Below are positions 40,509 to 49,680 of a stretch of DNA of 64,000 bases, piece by piece. This stretch comes from Candidatus Fervidifonticultor sextus (GTDB taxonomy: Bacteria > Sysuimicrobiota > Sysuimicrobiia > Sysuimicrobiales > Humicultoraceae): contig JAVKHQ010000005.1 in NCBI GenBank assembly GCA_031459875.1, positions 1 to 64,000 on the forward strand, in the 5' to 3' direction. Made by a program: the position numbers and the translations under genes. The notes beneath the pieces are model-generated. The model was given only the letters and a program-made list of their open reading frames with translations. It searched no databases and had not been told where the DNA came from. How positions within the stretch are numbered: position 1 is the stretch's first letter; each line of letters begins with the position of its first letter.

Positions 40509-40531
40509 ATCCCCTCCCGAAGGGAACCCCG

Positions 40532-41395
40532 ATGCCCCCCGAGCCGTCCGCAGGGATCGGGAGCCTGACGCGCCTGCGCGAGATGCGCCCGCGGCTGGCT
40601 CACGCCGAACGCAGGCTGGCCACCTACATCCTCAAGCACCCCCGCCAGGTCCTGGATTCCTCCATTACCCTGGTGGCTGGCCGCGCTGGGGTCAGCGAGG
40701 CCACCGTTGTCCGGCTGTGTCGGCGCATCGGATGCCGCGGCTACCAGGACCTGCGGATCCGTCTGGCCGCCGACTTGGTCCTGCCGCCCCGCCAGCTCTA
40801 CCAGGAGATCGAGCCCGCAGACGACGCGACGGCGGTGAAGCGCAAGGTCTTCGGGCTGTCGGTGCGCGCCCTGGAGGAGACGCTGGATGTCCTGGACGAT
40901 CGGGCCCTGGAGAGCGCCGTCGAGGCGATCACCGGCGCGCGCCGTGTGGACTTCTACGGCGTGGGCGCCTCGGGGCTCGTGGCGCTGGATGCCCACCAGA
41001 AGTTCCTGCGCATCGGCGTCGAGGCCCAGGCCTTCACCGACCCCCACGTCCAGGCGGCCTCGGCGGCGCTGTTGCGCAAGGGCGACGTCGCCGTGGGGAT
41101 CTCCGAGTCGGGGTCGACCCGCGACACGGTGCACGCCCTGGGCGTGGCGCGGGCGGCGGGGGCCACCACCATCGCCATCACCCGCTACGGGCCGTCACCC
41201 ATCGCCAAGGTGGCGCAGATCCGGCTGCACACCCTCTCGCCCGAGAGCGGCATTCGGGGCGGGGCGCTGGCCAGCCGCATCGCGCAGCTCGCCGTCGTCG
41301 ACGCCCTGATGGTCGCTGTGGCCCTGCGCCGCTACGACGCGACGCTGGCGGCCCTGCGGGCCACGCGCGACGCGGTGGCGGAGAAGAAGTTCTGA
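40532..41395 (+). CDS. RpiR/MurR-family regulator (HTH + SIS)
   Basis: VSEATVVRLCRRIG..GYQDL, YGVGAS, ISESG.T and SRIAQL. Confidence 0.92.
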   Translation: MPPEPSAGIGSLTRLREMRPRLAHAERRLATYILKHPRQVLDSSITLVAGRAGVSEATVVRLCRRIGCRGYQDLRIRLAADLVLPPRQLYQEIEPADDATAVKRKVFGLSVRALEETLDVLDDRALESAVEAITGARRVDFYGVGASGLVALDAHQKFLRIGVEAQAFTDPHVQAASAALLRKGDVAVGISESGSTRDTVHALGVARAAGATTIAITRYGPSPIAKVAQIRLHTLSPESGIRGGALASRIAQLAVVDALMVAVALRRYDATLAALRATRDAVAEKKF

Positions 41396-41943
41396 TGGCC
41401 TCCTCCCTGGTCATCCGCCGGCTGCGGGCAGAGGACGTGGAGCCCTGCGCCCGGATCATCGCGGGCGATCCCCTCTGGCAGCGCTATGAGGTGAGGCTCC
41501 CGCAGGCACGGCGGATGGTGCGCGCCGCACTGGCCGCATCCCGGCGCGGCGGACCGGCAGCCCGGGCGGCGGGAGAGTTCGCCGTGGCGCGCACGAGGGG
41601 GCAGGTGGTCGGCTTCGTCTGGTTCCGGCTGGACGGCACCTTCCACCACAGCGGCTACGTCCGACTGCTGGGCGTCGCGCCCCACGCGCGCGGGCGCGGG
41701 GTCGGCAGGCGCCTGATGGCGCATGCCGAGCGACGCCTGTTTGCGGCGGGCCCGAACGTGTTCCTCCTGTGCTCGGACTTCAACAGCGGGGCCCAGGCCT
41801 TCTACGAGAAACTGGGCTACACCACGGTCGGGGCGATTCCCGACTACATCGTGCGGGGGGTGACCGAGCGGCTGTACCGGAAGACCCGGGGTCCCATCGT
41901 GACCCGGGAGACGAGAGACCACCGAAGGAGGCGAAGCCAGTGA
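41395..41943 (+). CDS. GNAT acetyltransferase
   Basis: RGRGVGRRL acetyl-CoA motif and SDFN..AQAFYEKLGY; TGATG coupling to rpiR. Confidence 0.88.
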   Translation: MASSLVIRRLRAEDVEPCARIIAGDPLWQRYEVRLPQARRMVRAALAASRRGGPAARAAGEFAVARTRGQVVGFVWFRLDGTFHHSGYVRLLGVAPHARGRGVGRRLMAHAERRLFAAGPNVFLLCSDFNSGAQAFYEKLGYTTVGAIPDYIVRGVTERLYRKTRGPIVTRETRDHRRRRSQ

Positions 41944-43454
41944 GAGTCCGCTGGGCGTTGTGGGTGCTCGTGGTCGGGCTCGTGCTGCCGGCCCTGCCGG
42001 CCGGCGCCGGCCCGGCCGGGACGACGTTCACCATCGGGGTGGACCAGGAGGTCGTGGGACTGGACCCCAACCTGGTCACCGCGTTCTCCTCGTTCCGCCG
42101 CATCGACTTCCTCTACAACAAGCTGGTCCGCTACAACGACCGGCTGGAGATCGAGCCCGACCTGGCCGAGTCCTGGGAGTTCCCCGACCCCCGCACCGCG
42201 ATCTTCCGGCTGCGGCGCGGGGTCAGGTTCCACAGCGGCGCCGAGATGACCGCCGACGACGTGAAGTTCACCCTGGAGCGGGTGCTGGATCCCGCAACCC
42301 GCTCGCCGGGCCGGTCGTTCATCGACGTGATCACCGCGGTCGATGCCGTCGACCGCTACACGGTCCGGGTGCGGATGCGCTTCCCGCTGGCCTCGCTGCT
42401 GTCCGGCCTGGCCTCGGCCAACCTCTCCATCGTCGAGCGGGCGGCGGTCCAGCAGCACGGCAACCTGCAGCGCACCGTGGCCGGCACAGGCCCCTACATG
42501 ATGGCCGAGTGGGTGCCGGACAACTTCATGCGACTGGTCCGCCACCCCAACTACTTCCGCCGCGGGCTCCCCAGGATCGACACGATCATCATCCGCGTCA
42601 TCCCCGACCAGGCCTCCCTGCTGGCCGGCGTGCGGACCCGCGCCCTGGACATGGCCACGATCAACCAGGGCCCGGTGATCACCCAGGCGAAGCGTGAGAC
42701 GGGCATCGTCGTGTTGCAGAAGGCCGGGATCAACCTCAGGATCTTCTCCTTCAACACCACCCGCCGGCCCTTCGATGACGCGCGGGTGCGCTACGCCTTC
42801 TCCTGGGCCATCGACCGCCAGGCAATCGTGAACACCGCGGAGTTCGGCTACGCCACGGTCTCCGGGCCCATTCCGGCCTCGACGCCGTGGGCCACGCCCG
42901 CCTCCAGGTTTCCCTCCTACACCCAGAACCTCGCCCGCGCCAGGCAACTGCTGGCCGAGGCCGGATACCCGCAGGGCTTCGCGACGCGCATCGTCACCTC
43001 GCCCACCTATGAGGGCGGCATCGCGGTGGCCCAGGTCATCCAGGAGCAGTTGCGGGCGATCGGCGTCACCGCCACGCTGGACACCATCGAGTGGGGCACC
43101 TACATCAACCGCTGGGTGGCCCGCGACTTCGACACCATGGTCGAGCTGCGCGGCGGCGACCCGGACCCCGACCGGTTCCTGTACCGGACCTTCCACAGTA
43201 CCGGCGCGGTCAACAACTTTCTGTTCAAGGACGCGGGCATCGATCGGCTGCTGGAGCGCGGCCGGGTCAACCTGGATGCCGACGCCCGCAAGCCGATCTA
43301 CGCGGAGCTGGAGCGCGCGCTGATCGAGGCCGCGCCGGCCCTGTTCCTCTACGTGCCGATGGAGACGCAGGTCCTCCAGGGCTACGTGCGGGGGTTCAGG
43401 CTCATCGGCAACGGCGCGCTGTACTATCTGGAGGAGGCGACGGTCGAGCGGTAG
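41940..43454 (+). CDS. Family-5 ABC substrate-binding protein (candidate muropeptide binder)
   Basis: Signal peptide, PDLAESW, TADDVKFT and GTGPY; operon context. Confidence 0.9.
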   Translation: MRVRWALWVLVVGLVLPALPAGAGPAGTTFTIGVDQEVVGLDPNLVTAFSSFRRIDFLYNKLVRYNDRLEIEPDLAESWEFPDPRTAIFRLRRGVRFHSGAEMTADDVKFTLERVLDPATRSPGRSFIDVITAVDAVDRYTVRVRMRFPLASLLSGLASANLSIVERAAVQQHGNLQRTVAGTGPYMMAEWVPDNFMRLVRHPNYFRRGLPRIDTIIIRVIPDQASLLAGVRTRALDMATINQGPVITQAKRETGIVVLQKAGINLRIFSFNTTRRPFDDARVRYAFSWAIDRQAIVNTAEFGYATVSGPIPASTPWATPASRFPSYTQNLARARQLLAEAGYPQGFATRIVTSPTYEGGIAVAQVIQEQLRAIGVTATLDTIEWGTYINRWVARDFDTMVELRGGDPDPDRFLYRTFHSTGAVNNFLFKDAGIDRLLERGRVNLDADARKPIYAELERALIEAAPALFLYVPMETQVLQGYVRGFRLIGNGALYYLEEATVER

Positions 43455-43523
43455 CGCCCTGCCCCCCCTACACCGTGCGGCCGGGGCCCAGGGAGCGCGG
43501 GACCCGGCTGCCGGACTTCGCCG

Positions 43524-44471
43524 ATGCAACGCTATCTGGCCGCGCGTCTGCTGGCACTGATCCCGGTGCTGCTGGGCATCCTCGTGGTCGTGTTCCTGCT
43601 GATCCGGCTGATCCCGGGGGACGCCATCCAGTTGTTCCTGGGCACGCAGGTGGAGATGACGCCCGAGCAGATGGCGGAACTCCGGCGCTTCTTCGGGGTG
43701 GATCGGCCCATCTGGGTCCAGTTCGCCGACTACCTGGGCCGGGTGCTGCGCGGCGATCTCGGCGTGTCGCTGAGGACCGCTCGACCGGTGCTGTCCGATA
43801 TCCTGCAGCGACTGCCCCTGTCCTTCCAGCTCGCCACGCTGAGCCTGGTGGTGGCCGTGGTGATCGCGATGCCGCTGGGTGTCCTCTCGGCCGTCACCCG
43901 CAATTCGGCGTTCGACGTCGTCGCGCGGATCGCCGGCCTGCTGGGGCTCTCTATCCCCAACTTCTGGTTGGGCGCCATGCTGATCCTCGTCTTCTCGCGC
44001 TACCTCCACGTTGCGTTGGGGCAGTATGTGCCGATCACGCAGGACCCCCTGGGCACGCTGCAGAGCCTCTACCTGCCCGCGCTGGCGCTGGGCACGGCGA
44101 TCGCGGCGATCCTGATGCGCTACGTCCGGTCGTCGCTGCTAGAGGTGCTGGGGCAGGAGTACATCCGCACCGCCCGCGGCAAGGGGCTGAGGGGCACGGC
44201 GGTGATGCTCCGCCACGCCCTGCCCAACGCCATGATCCCGGTGGTCACCGTCATCGGCTTCCAGATGGGCTACCTGCTGGGCGGCACGGTGGTGATCGAG
44301 GAGATCTTCGCCCTGCCCGGGATGGGCCGGCTGGCGCTGCAGGCCATCTTCCAGCGCGACTACCCGGTGGTGCAGGGCGTGGTGCTGGTCGTCGCCCTGC
44401 TGTTTGTGCTCACCAACCTCGTCGTGGACCTCCTCTATGCCTGGATCGACCCCCGCATCCGCTACGCCTGA
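43524..44471 (+). CDS. Peptide ABC permease (DppB-like)
   Basis: IPGD, GDLGVS, EYIRTARGKGL and DPRIRY. Confidence 0.92.
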   Translation: MQRYLAARLLALIPVLLGILVVVFLLIRLIPGDAIQLFLGTQVEMTPEQMAELRRFFGVDRPIWVQFADYLGRVLRGDLGVSLRTARPVLSDILQRLPLSFQLATLSLVVAVVIAMPLGVLSAVTRNSAFDVVARIAGLLGLSIPNFWLGAMLILVFSRYLHVALGQYVPITQDPLGTLQSLYLPALALGTAIAAILMRYVRSSLLEVLGQEYIRTARGKGLRGTAVMLRHALPNAMIPVVTVIGFQMGYLLGGTVVIEEIFALPGMGRLALQAIFQRDYPVVQGVVLVVALLFVLTNLVVDLLYAWIDPRIRYA

Positions 44472-44472
44472 G

Positions 44473-45342
44473 ATGGCGGCCACGCCGCCGGCCGAGGCGC
44501 CCCGCCTGCGCACGTGGCGGTGGTGGGCTCGCCGGTTCGTGCGCAACCGCGTGGCGCCCATCGGCCTGGTCATCGTCGCCGCGAGCATCGCGGTGGCGCT
44601 GCTGGCGCCGGCCATCGCGCCCCGGGACGTCCGCGCCATGTCGCCGCCCGATGCCCTCTCGCCGCCGGGGCGGCTCTTCTGGTTCGGCACCGACGAGTTC
44701 GGCCGCGACGTATTCAGCCGCGTCCTGGTCGGCTCCCGGATCTCCCTGGTGGTCGCGTGCCTCTCGGTGCTCACGGCCCTGGCCATGGGCACGACGGTCG
44801 GCCTGACCGCGGGGTTCTACGGCGGGTGGTGGGATGCGGTGTCGATGCGGGCGATGGACGTCATCTTCGCCTTCCCGGCGATCCTGCTGGCCATTGCCAT
44901 CATGGCGGTCCTGGGCACGAGCCTCTTTAACCTGGTCATCGCCATCGGGATCGTCTACACGCCGCAGTTCGCCCGGGTCGCGCGGGCTGCGGCGCTGACG
45001 GTGCGGGCCCTGGAGTTCGTGGACGCCGCCCGCGCGCTGGGTCTGAGCAACGTGCGCATCATCGCCCGTCACGTCATTCCCAACGTCCTCGCGCCGATCA
45101 CCGTGCAGATCTCCCTCAGCCTCTCGCTGGCGATCCTTTCGGAGTCGGCGCTGTCCTTCCTGGGCTTGGGCACGCAGCCGCCGACCCCCTCGTGGGGGAA
45201 CATGCTGAGCGAGGGCCGGCAGTTCCTCGAACTCGCCCCCTGGAACGCGGTGTTCCCCGGGCTGGCCATCATGGTGGTCGTGCTGGGGTTCAACCTGCTG
45301 GGCGACGGCCTGCGCGATCTGCTCGACCCGAGGCTCCGGTGA
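44473..45342 (+). CDS. Peptide ABC permease (DppC-like)
   Basis: FGTDEFGRD, HVIPN, PSWGNML and FNLLGDGLRD. Confidence 0.92.
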   Translation: MAATPPAEAPRLRTWRWWARRFVRNRVAPIGLVIVAASIAVALLAPAIAPRDVRAMSPPDALSPPGRLFWFGTDEFGRDVFSRVLVGSRISLVVACLSVLTALAMGTTVGLTAGFYGGWWDAVSMRAMDVIFAFPAILLAIAIMAVLGTSLFNLVIAIGIVYTPQFARVARAAALTVRALEFVDAARALGLSNVRIIARHVIPNVLAPITVQISLSLSLAILSESALSFLGLGTQPPTPSWGNMLSEGRQFLELAPWNAVFPGLAIMVVVLGFNLLGDGLRDLLDPRLR

Positions 45343-46550
45343 CAGCCTCCGACCGTCCGGGTCCTGCGTCGCGGGCCGGGGGGGCGGCCCGCCGCGTGCG
45401 GGAAGCGGTGCGGGCGCATCTGCGCGAGGGGGTGGCGCAGGGCGTCTTCCCGGGCGCGGTCGCCGCCGTGATCTGGAGAGGGGCCACGCTGGCGCTGGAG
45501 GCGCATGGCTTCGCCCAGGTGGTGCCGTACTGCCGGGCGATGACCCCGCAGACGATCTTCGACCTCGCCAGCGTCACCAAGCCGGTCGTCACCACCACGG
45601 CCGTCCTCCAGTTGTGGGAGCGCGGGATCCTCGACGTGGACGCGCCGGTCTGCCGCTACCTGCCAGGGTTCGCCGACGGCGGGAAGGAGCGGGTCACCGT
45701 GCGGCACCTGCTGGCCCACACCTCGGGCCTGCCGGCGTGGGAGATGCTCTATCTTCCGGCCCCCTCCGCGCTTTGCGGCGGGAGCGGCGCGCGAGCCCGG
45801 GCATGCCGTTCCATCGACGAGGCGGTGGCGCGCATCTGTGCGACGCCGGCCGCCGCATCCCCGGGTGTGTCGGTGAACTACAGCGATCTCGGCTTCATCG
45901 TGCTGGGCCATCTCGTCCAGCGCGCCAGCGGCGAGGACCTGGAGGCCTACGCCCGGCGCCACATCTTCGGTCCCCTGGGTATGCGTTGGACCCGCTTCGT
46001 CCCGCCGGCCGGGTGGCGGTCGCGGTGCGCCGCCACCGAGATGGGCAACGCTTATGAACGGGAGAAGGCCGCGGCGCTGGGGCTGGGCCGGCGATTCCCC
46101 TGGCGCACCTACCTCCTCCGCGGGGAGGTCCACGACGGCAACGCCTGGTACCTGGGACGCGGCGTGGCCGGGCACGCCGGGCTGTTCGGCACGGCCGCCG
46201 ACCTGGGGCGCTTCGGAATGGCGATGCTCCGGGGGGGATCACTGGACGGCGTGCGGATCCTGGGGCGCAGGACGGTCCGGGAGGCCACGTGCACCCAGAC
46301 GCCGCACACCGCCGGGCCCCCCCGCGGGCTCGGGTGGGCGCTGGCGGGCGCGCCGTTTGCGGGATCCCGCGCGTCCCCCTCGGCGTTCGGGCACACGGGG
46401 TTTGTCGGCACGTCGGTGCTGGTCGACCCCGATCGCGACCTGGTCGTCGTGCTGCTCACCAACCGGGTCCACCCCTCGGCGTCGAATGAGGCCATCCAGG
46501 GCTTCAGAGCGACCTTCCACGACGCGGTGATCGGGGCGCTCGATGCCTGA
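45339..46550 (+). CDS. Beta-lactamase-family serine hydrolase (AmiE-like candidate)
   Basis: FDLASVTK (SxxK), YSD, GEVHD.NA, GHAGLF and GHTG. Confidence 0.85.
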   Translation: MTASDRPGPASRAGGAARRVREAVRAHLREGVAQGVFPGAVAAVIWRGATLALEAHGFAQVVPYCRAMTPQTIFDLASVTKPVVTTTAVLQLWERGILDVDAPVCRYLPGFADGGKERVTVRHLLAHTSGLPAWEMLYLPAPSALCGGSGARARACRSIDEAVARICATPAAASPGVSVNYSDLGFIVLGHLVQRASGEDLEAYARRHIFGPLGMRWTRFVPPAGWRSRCAATEMGNAYEREKAAALGLGRRFPWRTYLLRGEVHDGNAWYLGRGVAGHAGLFGTAADLGRFGMAMLRGGSLDGVRILGRRTVREATCTQTPHTAGPPRGLGWALAGAPFAGSRASPSAFGHTGFVGTSVLVDPDRDLVVVLLTNRVHPSASNEAIQGFRATFHDAVIGALDA

Positions 46551-47517
46551 AGCCCTCATCGCCGGGGTGGACGGCGGCGCGTCCAAGACCCGCGCGGCGG
46601 TCCTCAGCGCCGGCGGGAAGGTGCTGGCCACCTCCACGGTGCCCTCGGCCAGCGCCTACCACCGCGAGGCCGAAGAGGCGGCCGAAATCGTCGTCGCATC
46701 CGTCCGGGAGGCGATGGCGGCGGCCGGGATCGGCGGGCCGCTGGCGGCGCTGGGCGCGGGGCTGGCGGGGGCCGACGACCCCGCGATCCGCGCGCGGCTG
46801 GAACGCACGCTCGCCGGCGCCGGGCTGGCGGCCAGCGTGCTGGTCGATCACGACGCCGCCGCAGCACTGGCCGGCGGCACGGCGCTGGAACCGGGGATCG
46901 TTGTGGTCGCGGGGACCGGATCCATCGCCTTCGGCGTGGATGCGGAAGGTCGGCGGGCCCGCGCCGGCGGGTGGGGACCGCTGCTGGACGACGAGGGGAG
47001 CGGCTACGCGATCGGCCGGGCGGTGTTGCGCGCGGCGATGCGGGCGTTCGACGGCCGCAGCGAGACCACCGCGCTGGCCGAGTCCGTGCGCCAGCATTTC
47101 GGGCTCGGGTCCCTGGCCGGGCTGAAGATGGCAGTGCGTGGCCTGGGGATCGACGAGGTGGCCGCGATCGCACCGCTGGCTGTGGATGCGGCCCAAAGCG
47201 GCGACGCCGTGGCGAATCGGATCCTGCAGCGTGCCGGCCGGCACCTCGCCGCGATGGTGGCGGCGGTGGCGGCGCAACTCGGCTGGCGGGAAGTGCCGTT
47301 TCCGCTGGTGGCAGCCGGCGGGGCCTTCGAAGCCGGCGCCCTGATTCTCCACCCGCTGGCCCAGGCCCTGGAGGCGGCGGGTTACCGGGCGGGCCTGCAG
47401 CCCGCCCGCTTTCCCCCTGAGGTCGGGGCCGCACTCCTGGCGGCACGGGCGGCAGGGCTCGATGCGGCCGGATTGATCCGCGCGCTGGCGCGCGAGGGGG
47501 GCGGACGGGGCCCATGA
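46543..47517 (+). CDS. BadF/BcrAD-type amino-sugar kinase (MurK/GlcNAc kinase-like)
   Basis: VDGGASKT, AGTGS and GGWG..LDDEGSG. Confidence 0.85.
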   Translation: MPEALIAGVDGGASKTRAAVLSAGGKVLATSTVPSASAYHREAEEAAEIVVASVREAMAAAGIGGPLAALGAGLAGADDPAIRARLERTLAGAGLAASVLVDHDAAAALAGGTALEPGIVVVAGTGSIAFGVDAEGRRARAGGWGPLLDDEGSGYAIGRAVLRAAMRAFDGRSETTALAESVRQHFGLGSLAGLKMAVRGLGIDEVAAIAPLAVDAAQSGDAVANRILQRAGRHLAAMVAAVAAQLGWREVPFPLVAAGGAFEAGALILHPLAQALEAAGYRAGLQPARFPPEVGAALLAARAAGLDAAGLIRALAREGGGRGP

Positions 47518-47542
47518 GGCGGCCCAATCGCAAGGGGCGGGA

Positions 47543-48496
47543 GTGGTGAGTGTGGTGCATTCCGAAGGAGACTCCTCTCCGGTCGACTACGCCGTGCTGG
47601 GGACGGAGCAGCGCAATCCACGGTCGCGGGAACTCGACCGGCTCTCTACGGAAGAGATCCTGCGATTGATCAACGAGGAAGACCGCCGCGTGCCCGAGGC
47701 TGTGGCCGCCGAGATCCCCAACATCGCGCGGGCGGTGGACCAGGTGGTCCGGGCGCTAAGGGCCGGCGGCCGCGTCATCTATGTCGGCGCCGGGACCAGC
47801 GGGCGGGTCGGCCTCCTCGACGCCCTGGAGTGGCCCCCCACCTTCGGGGTGGATCCGGAGGTGATCCGGGCTGTCGTCGCCGGCGGTGCGTCGGCAGCCA
47901 TCGAGGCCGCCTCGCCGTTCGAAGACGACCCCGCGGCAGGCGCCGCGGAGATCGCCGGGCTGGGGGCGGGCCCGAGGGACGTGGTCGTGGGGATCGCCGC
48001 CAGCGGCGTGACCCCCTTCGTGATGGGTGCCGTCCAGGAAGCCCGGCGCCGCGGGTGCGCCATCGTCGGCCTCAGCAACGTCCCGGGCTCTCCGCTGGCA
48101 GCGGCGGCCGATGTGGCCATCACCCCCGTCGTGGGCCCGGAGGTCCTCACAGGCTCCACGCGGATGAAGGCCGGGACCTCCCAGAAACTCGTCCTCAACA
48201 TGCTGAGCACCGCGGCCATGGTGCGGCTGGGCAAGGTCTACAGCAACCTCATGGTGGACCTCTCGCCCAGCAACCGGAAACTGGCGGCCCGGGCGCAGCG
48301 CATCGTCGCCGAGGCCACCGGCCTGGACCTGGAGACCAGCAGCCGGCTGCTGGAGCAGTCCGGGGGACGGGCGAAGGTGGCCATTGTCATGGGACTGGCC
48401 GGCGTCGGCCGGGAGGAGGCCGAGCGGCTGCTGGCTCGCTGTGGCGGGCTCGTGCGCGAGGCGGTGCAGCAGGGGCGCGATGCGGGCCGTCGCTGA
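47543..48496 (+). CDS. murQ: N-acetylmuramic acid 6-phosphate etherase
   Basis: TEQRNP, GAGTSGR, PPTFG and GPEVLTGSTRMKAGTSQK. Confidence 0.95.
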   Translation: MVSVVHSEGDSSPVDYAVLGTEQRNPRSRELDRLSTEEILRLINEEDRRVPEAVAAEIPNIARAVDQVVRALRAGGRVIYVGAGTSGRVGLLDALEWPPTFGVDPEVIRAVVAGGASAAIEAASPFEDDPAAGAAEIAGLGAGPRDVVVGIAASGVTPFVMGAVQEARRRGCAIVGLSNVPGSPLAAAADVAITPVVGPEVLTGSTRMKAGTSQKLVLNMLSTAAMVRLGKVYSNLMVDLSPSNRKLAARAQRIVAEATGLDLETSSRLLEQSGGRAKVAIVMGLAGVGREEAERLLARCGGLVREAVQQGRDAGRR

Positions 48497-49673
48497 TCTC
48501 GCCCGGCGCGATCCCAAGCGCGTCATCGGCCTGATCGCGGGAACCTCGGGCGACGGCGTAGACGCGGCCCTGGTCGAGGTGGCCGGCGCCGGGCTGCAGG
48601 CGCGCGTGCGGCTGGTCGCCGGGCTCACGCTGCCGTTCCCCCCTGACGACCGCGATGAACTCTTCCGGCTGTTCGATCCCGCCGCGGCCACCGTGGACCG
48701 GCTGTGCCGGTTCGACTTCAGGCTGGGCGAGCTCTTTGCCCAGGCGGCGCTGGCCGTGATGGCCCAATCCGGCCTGACCCCTCCGGAGGTGGACCTCATC
48801 GGATCGGCCGGACAGACGGTCTGGCACATCCCGGCCCCGCAGGGCGCGACGCTGCAGATCGGCGAGCCCGCGGTCATCGCCGAGCGGACCGGCCTGCCCG
48901 TCGTGGCGGATTTCCGGGTCGCCGACGTCGCCGCCGGCGGCCACGGCGCGCCGCTGGTCCCGTACTTCGACCTCGTCGTCTTCCGCCATCCCGCGCGGTC
49001 GCGCGCCGTCCAGAACATCGGCGGCATCGGCAACGTGACCTACCTGCCGGCCCGTCCGCCCGACGGGTGCGCCATCGACGACGTGCTCGCCTTCGACACC
49101 GGGCCCGGCACCATGGTCATCGACGCGGTCATCTCGGCGCTCACCGATGGGCGGGAGCGCTTCGACCGGGACGGCGCATTGGCCGGGGCCGGCCGCGTGG
49201 ACGAGGCCTGGCTGGCCGACCTGCTGGATGACCCGTTCTTCCGCCAGGCGCCGCCCAAAACGACGGGCCGGGAGGTCTACGGGCAGGCCTTTGCGGCCCG
49301 CCTGCTGGAGGAGGGGATCCGGCGCCGCCTGATGCCGGAAGACATCGTCGCGACCGTCTCGGCGCTGACGGCCGACTCCATCGTGCGCGCCTACCGCGAC
49401 TTCCTGTGGCCGCGGGGCGCGCCGGACGAGGTCGTGCTGTCCGGCGGCGGCGCCTACAACCGCTTCCTGCGCGAGCGGATCGCCCGGGGCGTGGGCGCGC
49501 CGGTGCGGCTCGCCGAGGAGTTCGGCGTGGACGGGAAACTCAAGGAGGCCATGGCGTTCGCCCTATTGGCCTCGGACGCGGTCGCGGGCCTGGCGACCAA
49601 CGTGCCCCAAGCTACGGGGGCGTCGGGGCCGCGGGTGTTGGGCAAGTTCGTGCCGGGACCGCGCATGGTATAG
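48480..49673 (+). CDS. anmK: Anhydro-N-acetylmuramic acid kinase
   Basis: GTS.DGVD, DFR..D.A.GG.GAPL, NIGGI.N, FDTGPG, PKTTGRE and KEAMAFA. Confidence 0.9.
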   Translation: MRAVADLARRDPKRVIGLIAGTSGDGVDAALVEVAGAGLQARVRLVAGLTLPFPPDDRDELFRLFDPAAATVDRLCRFDFRLGELFAQAALAVMAQSGLTPPEVDLIGSAGQTVWHIPAPQGATLQIGEPAVIAERTGLPVVADFRVADVAAGGHGAPLVPYFDLVVFRHPARSRAVQNIGGIGNVTYLPARPPDGCAIDDVLAFDTGPGTMVIDAVISALTDGRERFDRDGALAGAGRVDEAWLADLLDDPFFRQAPPKTTGREVYGQAFAARLLEEGIRRRLMPEDIVATVSALTADSIVRAYRDFLWPRGAPDEVVLSGGGAYNRFLRERIARGVGAPVRLAEEFGVDGKLKEAMAFALLASDAVAGLATNVPQATGASGPRVLGKFVPGPRMV

Positions 49674-49674
49674 T
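49666..49674 (+). promoter_or_regulatory. Extended -10 box for argS, overlapping the anmK stop codon
   Basis: TGGTATAGT ends 6 nt before the argS ATG; no Shine-Dalgarno sequence. Confidence 0.55.
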
Positions 49675-49680
49675 AAGCCG

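Noticed and set aside
45339..46550. Beta-lactam resistance gene
   Set aside because: No signal peptide, and it is embedded in a murQ/anmK operon; an amidase or esterase role is more plausible
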